From the IMG/VR virus record IMGVR_UViG_3300021843_000436: a stretch of DNA of 64,000 nucleotides. One strand, 5' to 3'. This DNA comes from an uncultured virus (IMG/VR IMGVR_UViG_3300021843_000436) (Duplodnaviria > Heunggongvirae > Uroviricota > Caudoviricetes). A model generated the notes under the pieces. It had not been told where the DNA came from and searched no databases. It was given only the letters and a program-made list of their open reading frames with translations. Made by a program: the position numbers and the translations under genes. Position 1 is the stretch's first letter. The number at the start of each line of letters is the position of its first letter. Of this stretch, positions 19,248 to 27,951 are shown in pieces.

Positions 19248-20822
19248 ATGACTGAAATAATCCTCCAGGGCATGAAATACCAGGCCATTGAGGGCTATGA
19301 GATAAAGCAGCACTCAAAGGACCACTCTGGACCCATTATTTTGGATGCCATCGCTACACGTGAGGGTGTCTGGAAGGGAGTCTATAGACCTGGCCAGCTC
19401 ATCAAAGATAATGTCAGGTGGCTAAAGGGGAAGCCCATAACCTTGAATCACCCACCCCTGAGCACTGGTGGAAAGGCATTCAATAACCTGGCAGTAGGCC
19501 AGATCCTGGATGCCTGGTATATCCCAGAGGGTCATCAGGCTGGAGTCAAATGTGAGCTGTGGCCTGAGAAGCTCCCAGGCGAGATCCTTAGCAAAATTGA
19601 TGATCAGCAGATAGTGGATGTCTCCACTGGCTTTTATGCTGCAGAGCAGCCTGGAAAGGGTGTCTGGCAGGGGAAGGACTATGAGGCCACTGAGAAGTCC
19701 CTGGATTTTGATCATTTGGCCCTGGTGCCCATTGGTGCCTGCAGCCAGGCTGATGGCTGTGGCCTGGGCCTACATGCCCAGGATCTCTCAAAGATTGACC
19801 TGACAGGCAGCTCCACTGAAGAGCTGCATGAGCACTTGAACAAAGCCCTGGGCTGGACCTGTGCCCTCCATCACTCTGCAGGAGCTGAGGATGAATCTGC
19901 TCTTTCTGAGACAAAGACCTTCCTGGATAGAGTAGTGGAAGAAGTGCTTCAAAAAGATGAAGCAGGCTTAAAATCTGATATTTTTGAATTAAATCCATGT
20001 AAAAGGTATATTTTGCTTCATTCTTACGATAGAGTGTCTGAATCAAGAAAAGAACACTCATTAGAGTCTTATGAAGCAAATGCTTATAAACAAGAAGTTA
20101 ATTCAAGTAAAAAAGAGGTTAATGATATGACTGGAGAGCAAAATAAAGGATCTGGAGCTGGTGATCTGTCTTTTGGAAAGGCAGATGACCTTTCTGGATT
20201 CATTTCCACTGTTAAGGGCTTAAAGCCTGAAGAGCAGGGTGTTAAGGCTCTGCAAGGACTGGAGACTTTGGCTGAACTCTGGTCTGGTCAAAAGGGACCC
20301 TTTACTCCTGCCCAGGCTCCTGCCCCTGCCACTTATCCTGTGCCTGCAGTGACAGTCACCCCTGGAGAGCAGGGAGCTGCAGAGAAGCTGGAGATAGCCT
20401 GGAAGGAGGGAAAGACCCCTGATGAAGCAAAGCAGGCCATCTCCCAGGCCATCACTGGATTCCATTCTAAGGCTCTCAACCTGGAGAAGACCGTGGGAGA
20501 GCTGACTGGAAAGGTCACTGGGCTCAGCACTGAGATCCAGACCATGAAGGCCCATTCTGCTAAGGAGCAGATGGACAGGATCAAGCAGCATTCTGGCCTC
20601 ACTGATGCTGAAATGAAGGTCTATGAGGGTATGAGCCCTGAGGCCCTGGCCACCATTGCAGATCACTTCCAGAAGATGAAGCAGCATTCTGGTGAGGGTG
20701 ATCAAACTCACATAGATCCTCCTGCTGGTGGAAAAGGTGGGAAGGGTGGAAAGAGGACCAGAGCAGAACTGGATGCCTTGAATGATCAAATGGATGCTAA
20801 GCTGGGCATAAAGAGCAAATGA
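19248..20822 (+). CDS. Prohead maturation protease-scaffold fusion (DUF2213-like)
   Basis: KPITLNHPP, DVSTGF, DHLALVPIGACS..GCG; coiled-coil C-terminal scaffold; upstream of the capsid genes. Confidence 0.85.
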   Translation: MTEIILQGMKYQAIEGYEIKQHSKDHSGPIILDAIATREGVWKGVYRPGQLIKDNVRWLKGKPITLNHPPLSTGGKAFNNLAVGQILDAWYIPEGHQAGVKCELWPEKLPGEILSKIDDQQIVDVSTGFYAAEQPGKGVWQGKDYEATEKSLDFDHLALVPIGACSQADGCGLGLHAQDLSKIDLTGSSTEELHEHLNKALGWTCALHHSAGAEDESALSETKTFLDRVVEEVLQKDEAGLKSDIFELNPCKRYILLHSYDRVSESRKEHSLESYEANAYKQEVNSSKKEVNDMTGEQNKGSGAGDLSFGKADDLSGFISTVKGLKPEEQGVKALQGLETLAELWSGQKGPFTPAQAPAPATYPVPAVTVTPGEQGAAEKLEIAWKEGKTPDEAKQAISQAITGFHSKALNLEKTVGELTGKVTGLSTEIQTMKAHSAKEQMDRIKQHSGLTDAEMKVYEGMSPEALATIADHFQKMKQHSGEGDQTHIDPPAGGKGGKGGKRTRAELDALNDQMDAKLGIKSK

Positions 20823-20847
20823 AAACAAAACCAGTGAGGTGTGATTT

Positions 20848-21465
20848 ATGAGTCTAGCTGATCAATATGCTGGTGACGTTGGATATCTGGGCATTCCCTA
20901 CTCCTGTTATCTCTTTGAGGGGAATATCCAGCTGAAGAGTGGACGGATAGGCAGAACTGGCAGGAAGCATGTGGATGTGGATTATGCCAGTGAGCTGAAT
21001 GAGGGAGATTTAGTTGAGATCTTCCAGAACACTGCCCTGACTTACAACGCCTGCAGGGGCCTCCCTGTAGTTGAAGCAGTCTCTGGCACTGGTGATGGCA
21101 TTGTAGGCCAGATCGTCACCATAGAGCCTGCAAAGAATATCCCAGCCACTGAAGATGTGGTCTCCTCCCTGGCTACTATGCTGTCTCAGGACCTCCTGAG
21201 GAGAGCTACTGTGGAGATCTTTGGCCTGCAGGCCACTATGCTGAGAGAGGTCTCCATTGCTGCCAATGGTGGTGGAGCTGACACCCTGCAGGTAGGTGAC
21301 ACTGCTAAGCTGGTCTGGGACGTGTCTGCAAAGAAATGGGTCTATGCAGCCTCTGGAGGAAAGGGCCTTGTGCCATTCCACACTCTGGCAGGTAGTACTT
21401 CTGTAGAGGTCACTGGACCTGTGCTTTTGGGTCTGGGAGCTTTCCCCATCACCAAGGTGGCCTAA
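20848..21465 (+). CDS. Probable capsid cement/decoration protein
   Basis: Position between protease and major capsid protein; Gly/Val-rich beta composition. Confidence 0.55.
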   Translation: MSLADQYAGDVGYLGIPYSCYLFEGNIQLKSGRIGRTGRKHVDVDYASELNEGDLVEIFQNTALTYNACRGLPVVEAVSGTGDGIVGQIVTIEPAKNIPATEDVVSSLATMLSQDLLRRATVEIFGLQATMLREVSIAANGGGADTLQVGDTAKLVWDVSAKKWVYAASGGKGLVPFHTLAGSTSVEVTGPVLLGLGAFPITKVA

Positions 21466-21485
21466 ATTCAGGATGATGATTATAC

Positions 21486-22439
21486 ATGAGTGACACAAAG
21501 GTAACTCTTCCAAATGAGCAGTATCTTCAGACTGATTTCATCGAGGCCAGGATTATGAGAATCCTGGACCCAGAGCTGGAGTGGCTCAATTTCATGAATA
21601 AGGTCCAGAGCACGTCTAAGGCTATTTGGACCACCAAAGAGATCTACAACGCAAAGAACGATCCTAAGAGAAGGAAGCCCAGAATCAGGACTCCTGGCTC
21701 CAAGTTCGTAAAGGTCTCTGTAAGCCAGCTCACTGAGATCAGCACCACAATGGCCACTGAGGGTCTGGAGATCAGGATTGATGAGGATGCCATCAGATAC
21801 ACTGAGGGCATTGATGAGATCCAGAGGGCCTATACAAAGGCTGCCTACTGGCTGGTGGACTCTGTAAACTACCAGTTTGGTGTGGCCCTCATGGGTGGAG
21901 TATATCCAGGCACTGAGGCTGGATTCAATAGCTTCTCTGGAAAGAGCACCCCTGCCTGGTCTGACTTAACTGGCAGGAAGCCAGTGGGAGATCTCATGCT
22001 CCTGGCCAGGGATATGGAGAGGGATGAGTATCCCTATGAGCTGACAGATGTCTATCTCAATAAGACCAACTACTGGGAGCTGATGGATTACCTCATCAAC
22101 TTGAACGTAGGGGTCAATGAGAAGAAAGAGATCTGGGGAATGCCTAACACCCAGAGCACTCAGGTCTCCATCCCTGTGGTAGGCAACGTCAAAGTGCATA
22201 AGATGAAGTCTGCCATCACTGAAGGCTCCATCCTGGGCCTGGACACCAGATTCAGCCCTGCCACGTTCTACTATGGAATCAATCCAAAGTATCCACAGGC
22301 CACTGAGAATAACATGGGATTCCATGTCCACAGATATGAGGACGATGAGACCCATGACACCATCATCCAGATGTGGCTGGAGTTTGGTATCCTGGTGAAG
22401 GAGACCTATGGTGGCATCGCTCTGGCCAGTGGAGTCTAA
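21486..22439 (+). CDS. Major capsid protein (HK97-fold)
   Basis: Size and position; E-loop region RTPGSKFVKVSV, GLEIRIDEDAIR; C-terminal IIQMWLEFGILVKE strand. Confidence 0.8.
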   Translation: MSDTKVTLPNEQYLQTDFIEARIMRILDPELEWLNFMNKVQSTSKAIWTTKEIYNAKNDPKRRKPRIRTPGSKFVKVSVSQLTEISTTMATEGLEIRIDEDAIRYTEGIDEIQRAYTKAAYWLVDSVNYQFGVALMGGVYPGTEAGFNSFSGKSTPAWSDLTGRKPVGDLMLLARDMERDEYPYELTDVYLNKTNYWELMDYLINLNVGVNEKKEIWGMPNTQSTQVSIPVVGNVKVHKMKSAITEGSILGLDTRFSPATFYYGINPKYPQATENNMGFHVHRYEDDETHDTIIQMWLEFGILVKETYGGIALASGV

Positions 22440-22473
22440 GGACTCCATTCCTTTCCTTTTTGGAGGTTAAGTC

Positions 22474-22986
22474 ATGGGAAATGCTACTCTTAAATTTTTG
22501 CAGGTGGTCAAAGAGCTGGGCCTCCTGGAATTGATTCCTCCCTTCAACTTTGGAGCCAATAAGCTGGAGGGTGTAGCTGCAGGCACTGCAGACACTGATG
22601 CTGTCATCAGAAGCCAGGTGAAGGCTGGGACTATTATCATTGAGATTGATGGCACTGACACTGATGGAGATCTTCTGGAGAATGATTATGGCATAGCAAA
22701 AGCACCCTATGCATGTACTATCAAAAAGGCCACCCTCATCTCCAGGGAGACAGGTGCCACAGCCACTGTGGACATCCTGGCAGGAGCTGACATGGCTCAT
22801 TTGGCCTCTATCACTGGCACAGGGACAAAACCTGCCCTCTCCAATGCTCAGGAGGCTTCTGTCACCAGTTTCACTAACTATGGCACTGTGGCTCTGACTG
22901 CAGGCCAGATAGTCCAGGCAAAGGTGGGAGCTTCTCCTGCTGTAGCTAATAAAGCCTGGCTGCTTTTGGAAGTAGAGAGATCTTAG
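22474..22986 (+). CDS. Probable virion structural protein
   Basis: Follows the MCP; Ala/Thr/Gly-rich beta composition. Confidence 0.55.
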   Translation: MGNATLKFLQVVKELGLLELIPPFNFGANKLEGVAAGTADTDAVIRSQVKAGTIIIEIDGTDTDGDLLENDYGIAKAPYACTIKKATLISRETGATATVDILAGADMAHLASITGTGTKPALSNAQEASVTSFTNYGTVALTAGQIVQAKVGASPAVANKAWLLLEVERS

Positions 22987-23121
22987 GGTCTCTTTACTTT
23001 CTTAATTCTATCTTTAACGTCCTTTCATTAAACAAACTAATTTTAAAGCATATTTATTGAATCTAAGGTCTATTTTTTGTTTTAGACGAAAATGCTTTAA
23101 ATTAGAACTTATCCCTGGTAA

Positions 23122-23550
23122 ATGGGAGGATTAAGAATGTCTAAAGACAAAAAGGGATCAAAAGGAAAGAGGCAGCCTATTCCTATAGCCTGCCCAGACC
23201 TGGACTCTGCAAAGTTGGAGGGCCTAATTGATTTACTGGTTATCAAGGGAGTGATTAATGATCAGGAGCTGGCTGCTGCTGCAGATCTTTATGGCTCCTA
23301 TATGAATGGACTCCTGGACCTGCTTCATGAAAAGGGCATAATCGAAGAGTGGGAGCTGGACATAGCTGTGGCTGAATTTCATAGGTTTGTCCAGGCTATT
23401 GGCCAGAATAATTTCATCCCACCTGCAGTCCTCTTTGAGAGGAGGAGGAATGCTGTCTCTGACAGATTGAAGCTGGAAAGGAAGCTCATGGCAGGAGAGT
23501 CTTCACAGCCTGCCACCTCTGTCCCTACCACCCCAGTGGTAGAGACTTAA
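23122..23550 (+). CDS. Hypothetical protein with duplicated L.DLL..KG.I...EL motif
   Basis: LIDLLVIKGVINDQEL and LLDLLHEKGIIEEWEL. Confidence 0.6.
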   Translation: MGGLRMSKDKKGSKGKRQPIPIACPDLDSAKLEGLIDLLVIKGVINDQELAAAADLYGSYMNGLLDLLHEKGIIEEWELDIAVAEFHRFVQAIGQNNFIPPAVLFERRRNAVSDRLKLERKLMAGESSQPATSVPTTPVVET

Positions 23551-23569
23551 TCCTCTCTTTCCATGAGCC

Positions 23570-26059
23570 ATGCCTAATTTATATGTTTTTTATAAAGGGA
23601 ATACTGCTCCCTCTGGTTGGACCAGGACCACCACTTATGATGGCAGATATGCTAGATGTGGCAGCACTCATGGAGCTACTGCAGGCAATTCCACTCACAC
23701 TCACACTCTATCATCTTATACAGTAGCCAATGGCACCCAGGTGGGCTGGACCACTAAATCAGATTCTGGCTACATGTCAGTCCATAACCACACCATGACC
23801 ATGAACTCCTGCAGCTCTGATAATAATGATCCTCCATATTATACTTTATCATTAATATACATCGATGCCAGCACTTTTGAGTCCAATGTGAAAGCTTTCC
23901 CCTCTGGTGTAGTGGTGGCTTCTTCTGCAGCTATATCCCATAGTGATTTTACCAGGGAGACAGCCCTGGATTCAAGATTTATCAAGCTGGGAGATTATGG
24001 TTCCACAGGAGGCAGGAGTGCCACCACTGCAGGACATTCCTGCAGCTTTACCCTGGATGCCAAAACACCAGCCTCAATGACTGGAAACTCCTGGTCATCC
24101 ACTGCCAGGGGCTGCAATAATGGAAGCCATTCTCACACTCTATCCACTACTTCAGACACTTCCACCACCCTGCCAAAAAAAGTAACCACCAGGCTCTATA
24201 CTGCAAATAAAACCACTACCAGCATTCCAGTTAATGTGGTCTGCTTCTTTGATGGCACTCCCAGTTCCAAGTGGACAGCCATTACAGCCTGGAATGATGC
24301 TTGCATCTATGGAGGGGATTCAAATCCAACAGTGGATGGCTCAGACACCCACACTCATGGGGCTATGTCTGGCACCAGCTCATCCATAACAGATGGAGCC
24401 TATGATTATGGTCAAACAGGCACTGCTGCTTATTGTACTGCTCACACCCATAGCCATGCAGTCTCAGGGATTAATCTGTCCACTGGGAATCACCTGCCTC
24501 CTGTGGTTATGCTGGTGCCCTACTATCTTAACACCCAGATGGTGCCCCAGCAGACCTTGGATAAGACCTGCAGCATAGATATGGTACTGAAAAGGGTCCA
24601 GACCACCACAGCCTCTGTGGATATCGTTGTCAAAAAGAGAGACATTGACACCACAGCAAATGTGGACATGCTGCTGAAGAAGGCCCAGGCCATTGACTGG
24701 CAGGTGGACCTGGCCATGAAGAAGGCCCAGGATGCCACTCTTGAGATGAACTTCCTAGCCAGAAAAGCCCTGGACATGGGCTATGACTCTGATATCCTCA
24801 TGAGGAAGGCCCTGACCCTGGACTATGAGACAGATCTCCTGGTGAAGAAAGCTCAGGAGCAGGATTATAACGGGGATCTCCTGGTAAAGAAGGCCCAGGA
24901 TCTCACCTGTGAGGCTGACCTCCTGATGAAGAAAGCTCAGGAGCAGACCTATGCCACTGATCTGCTGATGAAGAAAGCCTTGGACTCCACCTATGGCATG
25001 GATCTCCTGGCCAAAAAGACAGTAGAAAATGAATATCAGGCTTCAATGTTATTGATTTCAGGCAGAAAAATAGAATACACTGCTGGCCTGAAAATTATAA
25101 AAGCCCTGGATTTAAATTATGATGCAAACATCCTCCTGCAGAAGAGAGGAGTAGAGGCCACCTATGAAATGGCAGCCTCCCTGAAGAAGAGTCTGGAGCT
25201 GGGTTATGGGGTGGATCTTGATATTCAAAGGGCCTTTGAGACTTCTGCAAACATAAACATCCTCCTGAAAAAGCAGGGCTCCCTAGACTTTGCTGTTGAT
25301 CTTCTTATGCTGAAGAGAGGAGTGGAGCTGGGCTATACTGCAGGATTGACCCTGGCTAAATTCATTCATAAGAGATACGATGCAAATCTCTCTGTAAAGA
25401 AGCCATTCTCTCAGGATTATGCTGCCAGTATTTTCCTGACAAATAGGCTGATGGCCACCTATTCTGCAGACATAAGCATGAGAAAGGCCCTGCAGATCCT
25501 CTATTTCATAGGGCTCCAAATGAGGAGGCCCTGGGACAAAACCTATGCTGCAAACCTCCTGGTGGAGAAGTCTCTGGAGGCCAGCTATGAGATGGGCATA
25601 GACCTCTTCACTCTTAGTGTTATTCATTATCAAGCTACCATGAAAATCTGGGGCCATAAGGACATTCACTATGGCATGATGATGAAAACCAGAAAGGGAG
25701 ACATAGAGGCCGGTTATGGAGCCCAGATAAAGATCATTCTCCCTGAGCATAAGCCCAGGAAGCTGAGGTCCTCTGTCAGAGAAGAATATCCTGCTGTTAT
25801 CACATCCCAGGGCTCCACATACAAAAAGACTGACAGCATCCCTGGCCCCAGCATCAGACTGTCAGAGCATGAGGTGCCTCAGGAGACAGTCCTGACTCAG
25901 GGCTCTCACTATTCTCCCACTGACACTATCCCTGGACCTACCCTCAGACCAACAGAGAAAGAAGAGAAGGAAACTCCTGAATCTGAGGGATCTTCTTATT
26001 CTCCTACTAGAGAAATACAATACCAAAAGGAATTAAGGCCAGGTAAAGCCCAGTTTTAA
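23570..26059 (+). CDS. Fibre-like virion protein: collar/HxH head plus about 28 14-aa repeats
   Basis: TAPSGW collar-like motif, several HTH/HNH/HSH motifs, repeats such as AQEQDYNGDLLVKK, and three C-terminal QGS.YSPTD.IPGP-like repeats. Confidence 0.7.
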   Translation: MPNLYVFYKGNTAPSGWTRTTTYDGRYARCGSTHGATAGNSTHTHTLSSYTVANGTQVGWTTKSDSGYMSVHNHTMTMNSCSSDNNDPPYYTLSLIYIDASTFESNVKAFPSGVVVASSAAISHSDFTRETALDSRFIKLGDYGSTGGRSATTAGHSCSFTLDAKTPASMTGNSWSSTARGCNNGSHSHTLSTTSDTSTTLPKKVTTRLYTANKTTTSIPVNVVCFFDGTPSSKWTAITAWNDACIYGGDSNPTVDGSDTHTHGAMSGTSSSITDGAYDYGQTGTAAYCTAHTHSHAVSGINLSTGNHLPPVVMLVPYYLNTQMVPQQTLDKTCSIDMVLKRVQTTTASVDIVVKKRDIDTTANVDMLLKKAQAIDWQVDLAMKKAQDATLEMNFLARKALDMGYDSDILMRKALTLDYETDLLVKKAQEQDYNGDLLVKKAQDLTCEADLLMKKAQEQTYATDLLMKKALDSTYGMDLLAKKTVENEYQASMLLISGRKIEYTAGLKIIKALDLNYDANILLQKRGVEATYEMAASLKKSLELGYGVDLDIQRAFETSANINILLKKQGSLDFAVDLLMLKRGVELGYTAGLTLAKFIHKRYDANLSVKKPFSQDYAASIFLTNRLMATYSADISMRKALQILYFIGLQMRRPWDKTYAANLLVEKSLEASYEMGIDLFTLSVIHYQATMKIWGHKDIHYGMMMKTRKGDIEAGYGAQIKIILPEHKPRKLRSSVREEYPAVITSQGSTYKKTDSIPGPSIRLSEHEVPQETVLTQGSHYSPTDTIPGPTLRPTEKEEKETPESEGSSYSPTREIQYQKELRPGKAQF

Positions 26060-26183
26060 TCCTTATTTCTTAAAACGCCTCTATTTGGGCTTATTTTTGA
26101 AAATAACCTATTTTAGAGCAGATTAACTATTTATAGCTGAAATTAGCCTCTTTCCATTTGGGCATTTTACTCTGGAGGCTCCA

Positions 26184-26615
26184 ATGGTTAGAAGAAGACT
26201 TAACCTGGCTCAGATTGTGGATAAATATGCTGGAAAATATGAGGATTTAGTGATAGCCAGGATTGATGAGGGGAAAATTGATCCGCCTCTCAAAAAGGCC
26301 ACAATTGACAGAAAGAAGTCTTCTAAGACCCTCATTCAATCAACCCACCTCCTGGGCAGTGTAACCAGGAAAGTCTGGGTCCAGGGGAATACCCTGGGCT
26401 GTAAAGTGGGGGTGTTTGATGAGACTGCCTGGTATGGGTTAGTCCATGAATTTGGTTATCCTGAGGATAAAGACTCTACCACCTGGAATGAGGATCAGAT
26501 AATCCCTACCAGGAGCTGGCTCAGAGTGCCCTTTGATCAAAACTGGGAGAAGCTCTCCAAAAAAATGGAGGATGAAATCTTCCAGGCGACTGAAAATTAT
26601 GTTTTGAAAAGGTGA
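26184..26615 (+). CDS. Neck/virion morphogenesis protein (HK97 gp10/Mu gpG-like)
   Basis: PPLKKATIDRK, LIQSTHLLGS, YGLVHEFG, IPTRSWLR. Confidence 0.7.
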   Translation: MVRRRLNLAQIVDKYAGKYEDLVIARIDEGKIDPPLKKATIDRKKSSKTLIQSTHLLGSVTRKVWVQGNTLGCKVGVFDETAWYGLVHEFGYPEDKDSTTWNEDQIIPTRSWLRVPFDQNWEKLSKKMEDEIFQATENYVLKR

Positions 26616-26619
26616 CACG

Positions 26620-27195
26620 ATGACGGCAAGTGTTAATGTAGAGGAAGGAAATGGATCTTCTGCCACCTGGAGTGTTATCACTCAGGGCAGATATTGCACC
26701 AGAGATGCATATAATCCTGGGGATAATGATCCATGTGTAGTGCCTCAATCCAGCTTTAACTATTCCTACTGGAAGTCTTTCAGGCTTGCATTCTCTGGTA
26801 CGTTCACAAAGATTAGCAATATCAGATGGTTTGGGCCTGGAAATATCAAATCCACATGGGGCCTGGGCACTGGTGGAATGCTCCTGGTAGCCAGGAGAGA
26901 TACTGGTGACAATGGCTGCCCAGACGGGTCCTACCAACAGGCTGCAGGCACCCAGGGAGAGACTGGCTACTATCTAAAGGATGGCACAAATGGTCATGCC
27001 TATTTCAAGAGTCAGACCACTGACCCAGCAGATGCTGACAGCTATACCTCAGCCAGCCCTCTGCTGATTGATTCCACAGAGTACACCACTGCTGGACACT
27101 CTAAGCATGTCCTGACACAGGCAAAGATAGCTCCAGATGCCACCCAGGGTGACAAGGCCAATATCACTTTCACCCTCAGATACGATGAAATTTAA
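26620..27195 (+). CDS. Probable virion structural protein
   Basis: Within the structural operon; SYWKSFRL...TLRYDE pattern. Confidence 0.55.
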   Translation: MTASVNVEEGNGSSATWSVITQGRYCTRDAYNPGDNDPCVVPQSSFNYSYWKSFRLAFSGTFTKISNIRWFGPGNIKSTWGLGTGGMLLVARRDTGDNGCPDGSYQQAAGTQGETGYYLKDGTNGHAYFKSQTTDPADADSYTSASPLLIDSTEYTTAGHSKHVLTQAKIAPDATQGDKANITFTLRYDEI

Positions 27196-27204
27196 GTATT
27201 TGAG

Positions 27205-27951
27205 GTGAAATTGATGGCTGAGAGACCCCTACTGAAATATTACTGGGTGAAGGTCCTTCCAGATGGTAGGACCTGCATTCCTCAATTTAAGCCTGACACT
27301 GGAGAGGAGATTCAATGGGGTGAGAGCCAGGTGGCCCTCTCTAAGATTCTTCTTATGCCCTTTGATCCAGAGCTGGCTGAGCTGGTCTATAAGGTCAGTA
27401 ATGGTGAGATCTGGCCAGAGGCTTCAGACAGAGCTGTGGTAGAGGTCTCAGTCAGCCCTGAGGACCAGGTGGAAGTTTACAGAAGAGGATACATCACTAT
27501 CTGGACTGATTATGAATGTGAAGTTTGTGGTGCCTCTTTTAAGTGGGATGGCCAGGGCAGGCTCACATGTCCCTCCTGTGGCACCAGAAATGAATGGCAA
27601 TGTCTGAGATGTGGTGCCAGAGACCTGGGAGAATATCACTGTGATAGATGTGATCACACTTGGAAGAGAGAAGGCCCCTGGATTCCAGGAGCAGATGTCC
27701 TTTGTCCTATTTGCAAACAGTCAGACAAAGTGAAGGCCCAGGGCATAATCAAGGATAAGCCTATCTTTCTGACAAAGGGTGAGGTCAGGTGCCCTGATTG
27801 TGAAGATGAAGGCCATCCTGAGGGACTGGAAAAGATTGAATGGCTTCATCTCAAAGAGCACCAGGATCATCATATCAATTATTATATAAAAGTAGCTGGA
27901 AAATTTGAGATGGAGATTGCAGATGACAAAACAGAGATGCACACACTATGA
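27205..27951 (+). CDS. Multi zinc-ribbon protein
   Basis: CEVC, CPSC, CLRC, CDRC, CPIC, CPDC. Confidence 0.7.
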   Translation: MKLMAERPLLKYYWVKVLPDGRTCIPQFKPDTGEEIQWGESQVALSKILLMPFDPELAELVYKVSNGEIWPEASDRAVVEVSVSPEDQVEVYRRGYITIWTDYECEVCGASFKWDGQGRLTCPSCGTRNEWQCLRCGARDLGEYHCDRCDHTWKREGPWIPGADVLCPICKQSDKVKAQGIIKDKPIFLTKGEVRCPDCEDEGHPEGLEKIEWLHLKEHQDHHINYYIKVAGKFEMEIADDKTEMHTL

